Positions 39,701 to 46,637 are shown, counted from the stretch's first letter. The stretch is DNA of 64,000 bases from Roseibacillus sp. (GCA_965242925.1 CBDEUM010000029.1:320001-384000); one strand, 5' to 3'. The notes: generated by a model not told the origin, from the sequence alone. Made by a program: numbers and translations.

Positions 39701-40610
39701 CGTCCCCGACTCTCCAGTCCCGCGATGGACCGGGCGAGAGTTCGACCACTCTCTCTGGGTGCAGGGTCCCGCCCGGGCCGGTTTCGAGGACGCTGAGGGC
39801 TACGAGCCCCTGATTGATCTGGACCTTGCGCAGGCCATGTCTGGAGTGAATACCAGTGTCTACCTGCGCGTGCCCTTCACCGTGGACGATCCCGACGAGT
39901 TCCAAAGCCTCACCTTGCGCATGAAGTACGACGACGGCTTCGTGGCTTATCTCAACGGCGTTCCGGTAGCAGCCGTCAACGATGATCCAAACGCGGTTCG
40001 CTCCTGGCAGGCCGGCGCCACCACCACTCACCACGACCCTCTGGCAGTGGAGTTCGAGGAATTCGACCTCACCGGTTTCCTGGCAGCGCTCGTTCCCGGT
40101 CAAAACGTCCTCGCCATTCACGGCCTCAATGCCGGTCTCGCCAGCTCGGACTTTCTCATCATTCCGGAGCTCGTCGCCACCACCAGCGCCTCCCCCCAAC
40201 CGCAGGCGCCGCTCCTGCCACCCCACTATGCGCGCTGGGCCCTGATGGAGGGATTGAGCGGATCCGATGCCAACCTCGCTGCCGATCCGGATGATGACCA
40301 AACGGGCAACTTGGCGGAGTTCGCCCTGGGCGGAGACCCCTCGAGCTTTGATCGAGCGGTCACCTCTCCCCAGCTCTCCCGCGGTCAAGATGGCGGGCAG
40401 GTGGAAGTGACCTTCCGGCGGAGGGCCGGCCTGAACGACGCGAGCGTCGAGGTCGAGCACTCGCTGGACTTGCTCACCTGGGAGCCGCCCCCAGGTCTGA
40501 CCGAAGTGGCAGTTGTTCCTCTGCCAGGCGGCCTGGTGGAGCTCGTCACTTTGCGGTTCCCGGTCCAGGGCGAAGCGGGCTTCGTTCGTCTGCGGGTGAG
40601 CGAGCGGTGA
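33780..40610 (+). CDS. Giant (2276 aa) secreted mosaic protein: FG-GAP/VCBS repeats + ASPIC/UnbV, PKD-like, LamG, cadherin x2, four YDDG jelly-roll domains, FN3-like, duplicated C-terminal domain
   Basis: Repeated D(F/Y)DNDG..DL; NSWLKV.LEG...NRSAIGA.V...LHFGLG; WWKFDDG..WHH.A..YLDG..FSGALDDLRIY; LDEN...DPDGD...VDFE; four LxMxYDDGFxAxxNG...LAxHGLN units. Confidence 0.9.
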   Translation: MPPMQQDGWGRRSFLGALLVWLGVGAMVQVQGQTFINRSEELGVAGGSTACWFDMNNDGWVDVLVGGTLYRNLRGQSFAAVGDFGACVAGDFDNDGLTDLFAYGGAQVYRNIDGQSFEALAMPDRPAGAHLGAALCDLNGDGYLDVYVGGYEAWPSETHADFILHNRAGRVFSVTWSEVRYRARGVTACDYDRDADVDIYVSNYRLQPNVLWQNQGDYTFLDKAAEFNALATDRGFGGGHSIGSCWGDFNDDGHIDLFAGNFAHNDGRGHQPESHCLLNRGPEGNYHFEDLGQRGVFYQESYASPSAGDFDNDGDLDLFFTTVYGVASFGVPNNPVLFQNDGSFNFGNATGAAGLGGLPATYQAAWADFDNDGDLDLMAGGSLFENQGGTGNSWLKVTLEGDGRTVNRSAIGAQVRIPLPGGRILTRHVEAGTGQGNQNELTLHFGLGTHRAPVNLEIFWPDGTSQLVENVALNQRVTYLREPLVEIVRPSGPMVLEVGASLHLDAARKDDEVTVNWSVESAPPASSVAIADRDALQTEVRFYKPGEYQLRVTGRRAGIVSFQNLMVVVVEDGLQSRPAAWWKFDDGAGTTLLDSTEWNQDGRLLGYGDGAQGWLEEGAGAVAGALSFDPASMQYVDLGRRVHGLVSLDAGTLAVWLRSSGNGERPIFQFTSPRSGDVMRWILRDGFLHFENGRIGVNESTAVRWPVPLNDNQWHHAALTCDRSGVATLYLDGELVSYGRVPFLSAVGAGGQLQIGSATGSIGAPVYFSGALDDLRIYPEVLDSHEVARLSTPPTGATPAPRIVLPAASITSPGSILALDAFPVAVEEGVIRWEQREGPGTVEFSDPGQNTGTVTFPLPGTYRLRIISEASSVTTSRELTVIYAGGAAGAPASIEVGDRELTQARTRWELELAPIFADPDHDDSELNYSVNVAGEGGELFESATVVGGGLREGPLRLALLPRTGAEGEAMVQIVAVDPDGNQAATEFKVTISNSPPLVLGASFALDENVGADYPVGRLVAVDPDGDEIRYRIVSGNVDQAFALDPLTGELTVRNPEAVDFEYLASFELGIAVTDESHPIFDRPVAVRVTINNLPEPPVLENGRILLGDRTVDSVVGQVSGSALDGGALTYELVEGDPAAVFALEAGSGQLTLVNPGGIGTTRRYQLLVRATDGEGRSTEATIEVTVGEYLLAEGADARWKVPVDDSEDAQWRTRRFNDRNWTESPTGLGYDRGPTYVPLIASDLGGEMDGVNTTVYVRQAFQVADPEVHGPIFLRMRYDDGFLAYLNGQLVAGRHAPDDPDWKSEAVTSHDDNEAVKFQEFTLGLGPSLLRPGTNVLAIHGLNHLLSSSDFLLTPELLAGPPLPPVEILPEGGEVRFNVPLDDTDDEFWTERDFDDSAWRRAPMGLGYDDTPDYDPHIARDVTAEMQGVNTGIYARARFQVPDPSRYRTLNLEMKYDDGFVAFFNGLYAVSSNAPGLPELAWNSVASADHGDAPATSFSSFPLPHEPDYWLVEGENILMLHGLNIGITSSDFLISARLVGRLADAAGGPATMFAEGASELEGTQARVNGSVVATGGLPVHVFAVYGRRDHGTDIAAWPYRAFAGSVEVTGRVSPLLRNLEPGASYSVRFYAQRIESGEIAGWSGPVNFVSADPELRFVESGGPVQILVPESAEETIGWQEKDFTVDPARWLDRISPVGFDVAGSFQVRPFRNVVRQMFRQHTSALLRFPFVVGRDAEIDSLTLRMKYDDGFVAYLNGVEIARSNAGANVPWDASASAEQNAGAAEIFEEFDVSDYARLLRPGPNVLAVHGLNWSAADPEFLIGPELVAKGFGGYLSPLDTWLFDHEFYGGEADPSADPDHDGRSQVEEFAAVRLLEFQAIDNDALLLSYERRPGLQDDIQLSEDLVNWWPALPAGMIRESLGDGEFERVTHRLLTPSAANDKLFVRVLSTVVLPGVVALPEGTLLDETAIMHALVPDSPVPRWTGREFDHSLWVQGPARAGFEDAEGYEPLIDLDLAQAMSGVNTSVYLRVPFTVDDPDEFQSLTLRMKYDDGFVAYLNGVPVAAVNDDPNAVRSWQAGATTTHHDPLAVEFEEFDLTGFLAALVPGQNVLAIHGLNAGLASSDFLIIPELVATTSASPQPQAPLLPPHYARWALMEGLSGSDANLAADPDDDQTGNLAEFALGGDPSSFDRAVTSPQLSRGQDGGQVEVTFRRRAGLNDASVEVEHSLDLLTWEPPPGLTEVAVVPLPGGLVELVTLRFPVQGEAGFVRLRVSER
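38999..39049 (+). repeat. Intragenic 51-nt direct repeat, copy 1 (copy 2 at 39908-39958)
   Basis: CCTCACCTTGCGCATGAAGTACGACGACGGCTTCGTGGC(C/T)TATCTCAACGG, with one mismatch between copies. Confidence 0.9.
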
Positions 40611-40627
40611 GGACGCGAGAACTGCCG

Positions 40628-40781
40628 TCAGTATTCAGTATTCAGTGTTCAGTGTTCAGTGTTCAGTGTTCAGTGTTCAGTGTTCAGTGTTCAGTGTTCA
40701 GTGTTCAGTGTTCAGTGTTCAGTGTTCAGTGTTCAGTGTTCAGTGTTCAGTGTTCGGTGTTCGGTGTTCGGTGTTCAGTTT
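40628..40781 (+). repeat. Heptamer tandem repeat, 22 units of consensus TCAGTGT
   Basis: 2x TCAGTAT, 16x TCAGTGT, 3x TCGGTGT and 1x TCAGTTT, starting 17 nt after the stop at 40610. Confidence 0.97.
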
Positions 40782-40838
40782 CAAGTTTGGGGAATCGAGA
40801 ATCGAACTGGAGGCCGTGAGGTGCTCTAAGAGAATGTC

Positions 40839-41861
40839 ATGAATAAGAGTAGATTCGATCTTGCGCGAATTGTCGTGGCGGCTGGTTGTCTGGCGGCCGC
40901 GGGGATTTCCTCGGCCGAGGAGCCCGCCCTGCCCCGTCTCGCCTGCCGGGTTGTTCCCTTGCCTGGCCACCGCACGGCCTTCGAGTACCGCGGGAAGGAA
41001 GTGGCGGTGTGGCACTTCGGGAAGGAGTATCCGCGCCCGTTCTTTTATCCGCTGCGCAGTCCGAAGGGAACGGTGCTGACCAGGATGGGACATCCTGGGG
41101 CACCCGATCACGACCACCACCGCTCGATCTGGTTCGCTCACCATAAGGTGGCGGGGGTGAATTTCTGGGCGGACGAGGGCAGCAATCTCGGACGTGTCAG
41201 GCAGAAGCAGTGGTTGGCCTATGAGGATGGGGATAAGGAGGCGGTGATGGCGGTGCTGCTGGGCTGGATTGATGGAGAGGGACGCGAGCTGATGGAGCAG
41301 GAAGTGGTGGCAGCGTGGCGTCCCGGCGGGAAATCCGGTCATGAACTTGAACTGCAACTGACTTTCCGCCCCAGGGGCGAGTCGCTGGAACTGCAGAAGA
41401 CCAATTTTGGTTTTCTGGCGGTGCGGATGGCGAAGGAACTATCGGGCCACTTCGGAAAGGGAGAAATCCGGGACAGCGCTGGACGCAAGGGTGAGAACGA
41501 GATCTTTGCAAAAAGTGCGGAGTGGATGGATTACTCCGGGCCGACGGAGGCAGTCCCCGATGGGCGCGAAGGAGTGACCTGCTTCGATCACCCGGCCAAT
41601 CCCAATTACCCCACCCACTGGCACGTGCGGGAAGATGGCTGGATGGGGGCAGCCTGCTGCCTTGTCGAGGGCAGGATCCTGAAGAAGGAAGAGCCCCTCG
41701 TGCTCCGCTATCTGTTGCTGGCGCATGCCGGGAAGAACGGAGGCAGGGAGTTCGATGCCGTTGCGGAGGAGTTCGGCAGCCGTCCCGCCTTCACGGTGCA
41801 AAAATCGACCCGGCCTCATCGACAGTTTGAGGTGCTCCGGAAACAGCTTCCGCGCAATTAG
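40839..41861 (+). CDS. Secreted DUF6807/'PmoA-like' beta-sandwich protein (not methane monooxygenase)
   Basis: Signal peptide, RPFFYPL..P.G..LTR, DH.HHRSIWFAH..V.G.NFW, FGFLAVRMA, W.DYSG, FDHP.N, WHVR. Confidence 0.82.
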   Translation: MNKSRFDLARIVVAAGCLAAAGISSAEEPALPRLACRVVPLPGHRTAFEYRGKEVAVWHFGKEYPRPFFYPLRSPKGTVLTRMGHPGAPDHDHHRSIWFAHHKVAGVNFWADEGSNLGRVRQKQWLAYEDGDKEAVMAVLLGWIDGEGRELMEQEVVAAWRPGGKSGHELELQLTFRPRGESLELQKTNFGFLAVRMAKELSGHFGKGEIRDSAGRKGENEIFAKSAEWMDYSGPTEAVPDGREGVTCFDHPANPNYPTHWHVREDGWMGAACCLVEGRILKKEEPLVLRYLLLAHAGKNGGREFDAVAEEFGSRPAFTVQKSTRPHRQFEVLRKQLPRN

Positions 41862-41999
41862 TGCGATTGTAGCGTCTCCAGTGATGCAAAACTTTCCCAA
41901 TCGGGCCGATTTGGTGTTCAATTTGACTTCCGCGTCGTAATGTGACCGCTACAGGAAGGGCCACCAATCACAGCCAATAGCTCCGAACCACGACGACCA

Positions 42000-43277
42000 A
42001 TGAATTCGAACAATCCGACTCGCAGGACTTTTATAGGCGGGGCCTCTGCAACCGCTGCTCTTGGGACCTTTTCCAGCGTGCAGGCCCAGGGCGGGGGAGC
42101 CAATGACAAGCTGGTGGTGGCCGTGATGGGCATGGGGCGCGGAGGGGCGCTGGCCCAGAGCTTTCACGGGTTGCCCAATGTGGAGGTTGCCATGGTGTGC
42201 GATGTGGACAAAAAGCGGTCGGACTCCGCAGCCGGAAACCTGGGCCCCAAGGTGGAATCGGTGACCGACTTCCGCCGCATCCTCGACCGGAGGGAGATCG
42301 ACATTCTCGTCATTGCGACCTGCAACCACTGGCACGCTCCTGCCGCGATCCTGGGGTGCGAGGCTGGCAAGCACATCTACGTGGAGAAACCCTGTTCGCA
42401 CAACCCGTACGAAGGCGAGTTGCTGGTGCAGGCGTCCCGGAAGCACAAGTGCTTGGTGCAGCACGGGACCCAGCGCCGGTCCTGGCCCAAGATCGTGGAG
42501 GGGATCCGTAAACTCCGGGAAGAGAAGGTGATTGGCCGCGTCTACCGGGCGGACTGTTTCTATACCAACCGCCGGGGTTCAATCGGAAGGGGCAAGGCGG
42601 CAGCTCCTCCCGCTCACATTGATTACGATCTCTGGCAGGGTCCCGCTCCCCGGCGCCCGTACAAGGACAACCTGCTGCACTACAACTGGCATTGGCACTG
42701 GCACTGGGGAAATGGCGAACTGGGCAATAATGGCGTGCACTTTCTTGATGTGGCGCGCTGGGGCATGGGTGTCGACTATCCCACCCGCGTGAACTATGCG
42801 GGCGGACGCTATCGTTACGACGATGACCAGGAGACTCCCGATACGAGCGATGTGACCCTTGAGTTTGGAGAGAGGGGACAGATCAGTTGGCGGGCCACCA
42901 GTTGTTCTCCATTCCAGCCGGCGGAGAGTGGCACCTTCGTGACCTTCACGGGGGAGAACGGCAGCATGGTGATCCGGAACCAGGGCTATGTCCTTTACGA
43001 CGGATCAGGCAAGGAAGTGACACGGGAAGACGGCCCCGGTGGCAATGATGTGCACACCGGGAACCTGGTCGCAGCCATCCGCAACGGAGTGCCCCTCGCT
43101 TGTGATGCTGAAACGGCCCATGTGAGCTCCCTGCTGTGCCACCTGGGCAATATTTCCCACCGGGTGGACCGGCTCATGAAATGTGATCCGGGAGCGGGAG
43201 GCCAGATTCTGGGAGATCAGGAGGCGAGGGGTTACTGGAAACGGGAATATGAACCCGGTTGGGAACCGAAGGTGTAG
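42000..43277 (+). CDS. Tat-exported Gfo/Idh/MocA NAD(P)-dependent oxidoreductase
   Basis: TRRTFI, ANDKL.VAVMGMGRG, DFRRILD, HWHAP, YVEKP, QHGTQRRS, DLWQGPAP, GELGNNGVHFLD. Confidence 0.93.
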   Translation: MNSNNPTRRTFIGGASATAALGTFSSVQAQGGGANDKLVVAVMGMGRGGALAQSFHGLPNVEVAMVCDVDKKRSDSAAGNLGPKVESVTDFRRILDRREIDILVIATCNHWHAPAAILGCEAGKHIYVEKPCSHNPYEGELLVQASRKHKCLVQHGTQRRSWPKIVEGIRKLREEKVIGRVYRADCFYTNRRGSIGRGKAAAPPAHIDYDLWQGPAPRRPYKDNLLHYNWHWHWHWGNGELGNNGVHFLDVARWGMGVDYPTRVNYAGGRYRYDDDQETPDTSDVTLEFGERGQISWRATSCSPFQPAESGTFVTFTGENGSMVIRNQGYVLYDGSGKEVTREDGPGGNDVHTGNLVAAIRNGVPLACDAETAHVSSLLCHLGNISHRVDRLMKCDPGAGGQILGDQEARGYWKREYEPGWEPKV

Positions 43278-43304
43278 AACGATCCGTTTGAACTGAGGCA
43301 GCAA

Positions 43305-44051
43305 TCAGATCCTGTCGCGCTGCTGCCGTTCCGCTTCACGGCGATAGGCTTCCTGAGCTCTGGCATCCACTTTTGCATTCACGGAGTAGAAGATAAATCC
43401 GAGTGCATGGCGGGTGCGCGATGGCGAGGAGTTTCCGTCGGCGCGGTGAATGGTAAGAGAGTGGTGGGCAAGAAGATCGCCCGGAGAGGCGGGCATGGCC
43501 TCTTCGGCAGAGAGGTCTGCAGCGTTGCCAAAGTCGGTCATGCCCTGGGAGAATCCCAGGGTTCCACTTGGCCCGTGGGGACGCAGGCCGTTTTTGTGCG
43601 AAGCCCGGACATAGTGAACACAGCCGTTCTCTTCATCCACTTTCTCCAGGGCCAGCCACATGGTGAGAGCTTCGGGTGGATCGAGTTTGAAATAGTATCC
43701 GTCCTGGTGGGGTGGAGTGGGTTGGCCCACGCCGGGAGGTTTGTTGAAAAACTGCATGTTCTGGGGGATCACCTCCGTGCCGAGGAGTTCCTCTGCAAGG
43801 GATCGCGGCTTGCCGTTCATTAATTCTTCGAACCACGGGTTGTGTTCGTGAAGCCGTTGGAGCTGCTTGAGGGTGGAGCGCTCCTCCTTATTCTCATAAA
43901 ACACGTGGTCCCGCGGAAGATTCGGAACTTCCCTTTCGATGAACCGGTTGAGTTCCCCCAAACAGGTGGCGACCTCATCTGCGTTGAGGAATCCTGGGAC
44001 GGCAAGAAAGCCGTCAGCCAGAAAGCGTTGGCGGACACTTGATGGGTTCAT
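43305..44051 (-). CDS. PhyH-family Fe(II)/2-oxoglutarate dioxygenase
   Basis: FFNKPP, TPPHQD (HxD), WLALE..DEENGC...SH, HH..TIHRA..N.S..R. Confidence 0.9.
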   Translation of the reverse strand: MNPSSVRQRFLADGFLAVPGFLNADEVATCLGELNRFIEREVPNLPRDHVFYENKEERSTLKQLQRLHEHNPWFEELMNGKPRSLAEELLGTEVIPQNMQFFNKPPGVGQPTPPHQDGYYFKLDPPEALTMWLALEKVDEENGCVHYVRASHKNGLRPHGPSGTLGFSQGMTDFGNAADLSAEEAMPASPGDLLAHHSLTIHRADGNSSPSRTRHALGFIFYSVNAKVDARAQEAYRREAERQQRDRI

Positions 44052-44124
44052 TTCCTAAATAATTCTCCAGGGTCGGCGGGCAGACAGTCTCCGGTGAAAT
44101 TCTGAATGTTACAAGTTCTGGGCG

Positions 44125-44541
44125 TTACCGCAGCGGTGCGGAAAACAACTCGATCAGGTAGCCGTCCGGGTCGTGGATGTAGACCTGCCGAAATCCGTCA
44201 GGTCGGGACTGGGGCCCCGCCGCGATGGGGATACCGGCGGACTGAAGCTGGTCGACCGCGACCGCACAGTCGTCGAGTTCAAAGGCCATGTGATGGCCAC
44301 GGGCGGGCATCGTCCCGGTGAAGCCGGCGGGTCCGGCGGTCCCCGCCTCATCGTTCTCGAAGATGACATGGATCTGGGTTTTGCCTGCCTGGAACCAGAG
44401 CCCGGGGAAGGGAAAGTCAGGACGGGGGACGGATCTCATTCCCAGGATCTCCTCGTAGAAGTGCCGACTGGCCTCCAGGTCCCGGGCGATCACCGCGACA
44501 TGATCTATGGCACGAACAGAAAGGAGCGAAGTATCTGACAT
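44125..44541 (-). CDS. VOC/glyoxalase family protein
   Basis: IDHVA....DLEASR.FY..ILG, QIHVI, HHMAF, Y..DPDGYLIEL. Confidence 0.92.
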   Translation of the reverse strand: MSDTSLLSVRAIDHVAVIARDLEASRHFYEEILGMRSVPRPDFPFPGLWFQAGKTQIHVIFENDEAGTAGPAGFTGTMPARGHHMAFELDDCAVAVDQLQSAGIPIAAGPQSRPDGFRQVYIHDPDGYLIELFSAPLR

Positions 44542-44697
44542 GGGACGATGATGGGGAATCAGTGACCCGGGAAGAAAGGGAATTCGTGGGATTGCGAGCC
44601 AATCGTCCCGGGCGTTGTGCGCCTGTCTCTTCGGGTCCGTGGAGAATGAGGTTCCTCGGAGAGCTCGGCTCCCGGATTAAGAGGGCTGAAAATCGAC

Positions 44698-44725
44698 TTG
44701 CCTTTCGAAGACCCGATGGCATTTT
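44698..44725 (+). promoter_or_regulatory. Possible sigma70-type promoter of tRNA-Glu
   Basis: TTGCCT-N16-CATTTT, 22 nt upstream of the tRNA; a weak match to consensus. Confidence 0.35.
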
Positions 44726-44747
44726 CGCCGCGTCCTGAACGGAACGC

Positions 44748-44822
44748 GACCCGTTCGTCTAGTGGTTAGGACTCCGCCCTTTCACGGCGGCAACACGGGT
44801 TCGAGTCCCGTACGGGTCGCCA
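44748..44822 (+). tRNA. tRNA-Glu (anticodon TTC), CCA encoded
   Basis: Acceptor GACCCGT/ACGGGTC-G-CCA, D-loop TAGTGGTTAGGAC, anticodon arm CCGCC-CTTTCAC-GGCGG, T-arm GGTTCGAGTCC. Confidence 0.97.
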
Positions 44823-44835
44823 TTTCTTCTCCAAC

Positions 44836-44886
44836 AGAAACCTCGCGCAACCCCAGCAAATATAGCGGTTGCGGGGTTTTTCTTTG
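44836..44886 (+). terminator. Hairpin plus T-tract downstream of tRNA-Glu (terminator and/or island-end dyad)
   Basis: AGAAACCTCG-CGCAACC...GGTTGCG-GGGTTTTTCTTT. Confidence 0.6.
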
Positions 44887-45008
44887 TTCGGACGCCACCA
44901 GCGAAAATGCAGCAAGATGTCCCTAGATGTCAGCATTTGTCATTGATCTGGCCCCCCTAAACTGGGCCATTGTGAATGAGAGGTTCTGAGGATAACTCAG
45001 AACCAAGA

Positions 45009-45275
45009 ATGAAGAAAAAGAGGCACACGACGGAAGAAATCATCCGAATTCTACGCAAGGCGGATGAGGGCCAAACGGTGGAGGAGGTCTGCCGGGAAGT
45101 GAACATCAGCGAGCAGACCTTCTATCGGTGGAGGAGGAAGTATGGACGGATGGAAATGGCGGATGCCAAGCGCTTCAAGGAACTTGAGACCGAGAACTCC
45201 GAGCTCAAGAAGATGCTGGCGGATGAAATGCTCAAGAGCCGGGTGCTGAAAGCGACACTGGAAAAAAAGTGGTGA
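45009..45275 (+). CDS. IS3 transposase OrfA (HTH)
   Basis: MKKKRHT.EEII.IL...EVCRE..ISEQTFYRWRRKYG. Ends at the A7G -1 frameshift motif (45262-45269). Confidence 0.93.
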   Translation: MKKKRHTTEEIIRILRKADEGQTVEEVCREVNISEQTFYRWRRKYGRMEMADAKRFKELETENSELKKMLADEMLKSRVLKATLEKKW

Positions 45276-46123
45276 GCGCCTCCGCGAAACGGCAGGCGGT
45301 GAAGCGGGTGGTGGAGGAAGGGGTTTGCTCGGAGCGCCGAGCATGCCGCTACCTCGGACTGTACCGCTCCAGTTGCCGATACCGCGCGCAGGAGGCGCTG
45401 GCAGAGACTCAAAAGCTGGTCAAGCGCATCGTGTGGCTGAGCCGGAAGTATCCGCGCTACGGCTACCGGCGAATCCGAGCCTTGCTGATGCGGGAAGGAT
45501 GGAAAGCGGGACGCAAGTTTGTGCAGCGCATCCGGAGGCTGGAAGGCCTTGGAATCAAGGGGCGTGGTCCTCGGCGGCGCCGCCGGGGCCATTCCACGGG
45601 CTCGCCCACCCGAGCGGGATTGCTTAACGAGGTGTGGAGCTGGGATTTCGTGCATGACCGTACCGACAACGGAGGGAGCTTGAAGATGCTGACCTTGATC
45701 GACGAATACAGCCGGCAGTGCCTCAGGATCGAAGTGGGTCGCAAGCTCAAGAGCAAGGACGTGCTCGACGCCCTGGCGGAGGCCATGGCCGAGCGGGGCG
45801 TGCCTCACCACATCCGTAGCGACAACGGTCCCGAGTTCATTGCCCGGGACGTTCAGGACTGGCTCGCGGAGATGGGTATCTGCACCATCTATATCGATCC
45901 GGGCAGTCCGTGGCAAAACGGGCATGTCGAGAGCTTCCACAACCGCCTGCGCGACGAATGCCTCAATCAGGAGATCTTTCTGAGCGTGACCGAGGCCCGC
46001 GTCGTGATCGAGGAATGGCGACGCTTTTACAACCGGGTCCACCCTCACAGCGGATTGGGCTTCCAAAGCCCGGACGCCTTTGCCAGAACCATGACGCAAC
46101 TAGAACCAGTCCCCGGAACCTAA
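45269..46123 (+). CDS. IS3 transposase OrfB (DDE), expressed as an OrfAB fusion by -1 frameshift
   Basis: YGYRRI, WSWDFVHD, IRSDNGPEF, PGSPWQNG.VESFH..LRDECLN, YN..HPHS.LG. Confidence 0.95.
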   Translation: MVSASAKRQAVKRVVEEGVCSERRACRYLGLYRSSCRYRAQEALAETQKLVKRIVWLSRKYPRYGYRRIRALLMREGWKAGRKFVQRIRRLEGLGIKGRGPRRRRRGHSTGSPTRAGLLNEVWSWDFVHDRTDNGGSLKMLTLIDEYSRQCLRIEVGRKLKSKDVLDALAEAMAERGVPHHIRSDNGPEFIARDVQDWLAEMGICTIYIDPGSPWQNGHVESFHNRLRDECLNQEIFLSVTEARVVIEEWRRFYNRVHPHSGLGFQSPDAFARTMTQLEPVPGT

Positions 46124-46157
46124 CATTCCAACTGGCCCAAAAAGGGTGTCCCGATCA

Positions 46158-46468
46158 TGGGCCCGCGCGTGCTCCCAGTAGTCTCCCACGGTCGGGATCT
46201 TCCCAGGCGACCTGGTATTGGCGACACTGATTGATTCCTGGTGATACCTGCGAACTGCGACCTTCTTGTCGGTGGTGTGGAGGTTGATCCACCGGCCATT
46301 GCCCCCTTTCTGGCTGCGCAGGTAATACCAGTCCATGCCGTCCTTGAGATGCTTGGTGTAGAGCCCCCGATAGCCCGGCACCCGTTGGGCGCTGTTTCCC
46401 GTTGAGCAGCCGTTCATCCTCTCCCCGCGCCCGCCAGCGCCCTCATTTGCCTCGGCCGAATATGCCAT
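46158..46468 (-). pseudogene. Probable tyrosine-integrase N-terminal (arm-binding) fragment, truncated by the IS
   Basis: RVPGYRGLY...WYYLRSQKGG..RWINLHTTDKKVAVRR...PTVGDYW runs into the IS right end. It lies just downstream of tRNA-Leu, and no catalytic domain is present. Confidence 0.6.
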
Positions 46469-46537
46469 TCCTCCAGAGTAGGCACCCCTGTCCGAACTAT
46501 TCGGGATGGGGTGGGCCCTGGTGGGGTGCGGGCCTGA

Positions 46538-46573
46538 CGATTACTGTTTGAGCAGTAATCGGAGCAGTAATCG
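46538..46573. repeat. Integrase arm-site-like repeats
   Basis: GAGCAGTAATCG twice in tandem (46550-46573) plus an inverted CGATTACTG (46538-46546), between tRNA-Leu and the integrase fragment. Confidence 0.6.
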
Positions 46574-46637
46574 GAATAACTTTTCCCCCGTGCGGAGGGA
46601 GACCCCAGGGGCCGTAAGGCACTGAAAGAAAGGAACA

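Larger units (their letters stand above)
44944..46157 (+). mobile_element. IS3-family insertion sequence (IS407-like), 1214 bp
   Basis: TG...CA ends. IRL TGATCTGGCCCCCCTAAACTGGGCCATTGTGAATG versus IRR (reverse complement) TGATCGGGACACCCTTTTTGGGCCAGTTGGAATG. Flanks CAT and TGG show no target duplication. Confidence 0.95.

Noticed and set aside
38999..39958. DGR template/variable repeat pair
   Set aside because: Only 51 nt, the single mismatch is C/T rather than adenine-specific, both copies are in-frame domain cores, and there is no reverse transcriptase in the window.
40628..40781. CRISPR array, or the 65-70 aa (VFSVQCS)n ORFs at 40607-40842
   Set aside because: It is a pure 7-bp tandem repeat with no spacers and no cas genes. 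The ORFs arise because the repeat has no stop codons.
40839..41861. Particulate methane monooxygenase subunit
   Set aside because: It is a soluble secreted protein of the misleadingly named PmoA-like family, with no TM helices and no pmoB/pmoC.
44886..44900. tRNA 3'-end duplicate (att site), GTTCGGACGCCACCA
   Set aside because: It is too short and matches the 3' end of neither flanking tRNA.
45262..45269. Sequencing-error frameshift in the transposase
   Set aside because: A7G at the orfA/orfB overlap is the standard programmed -1 frameshift of IS3 elements.
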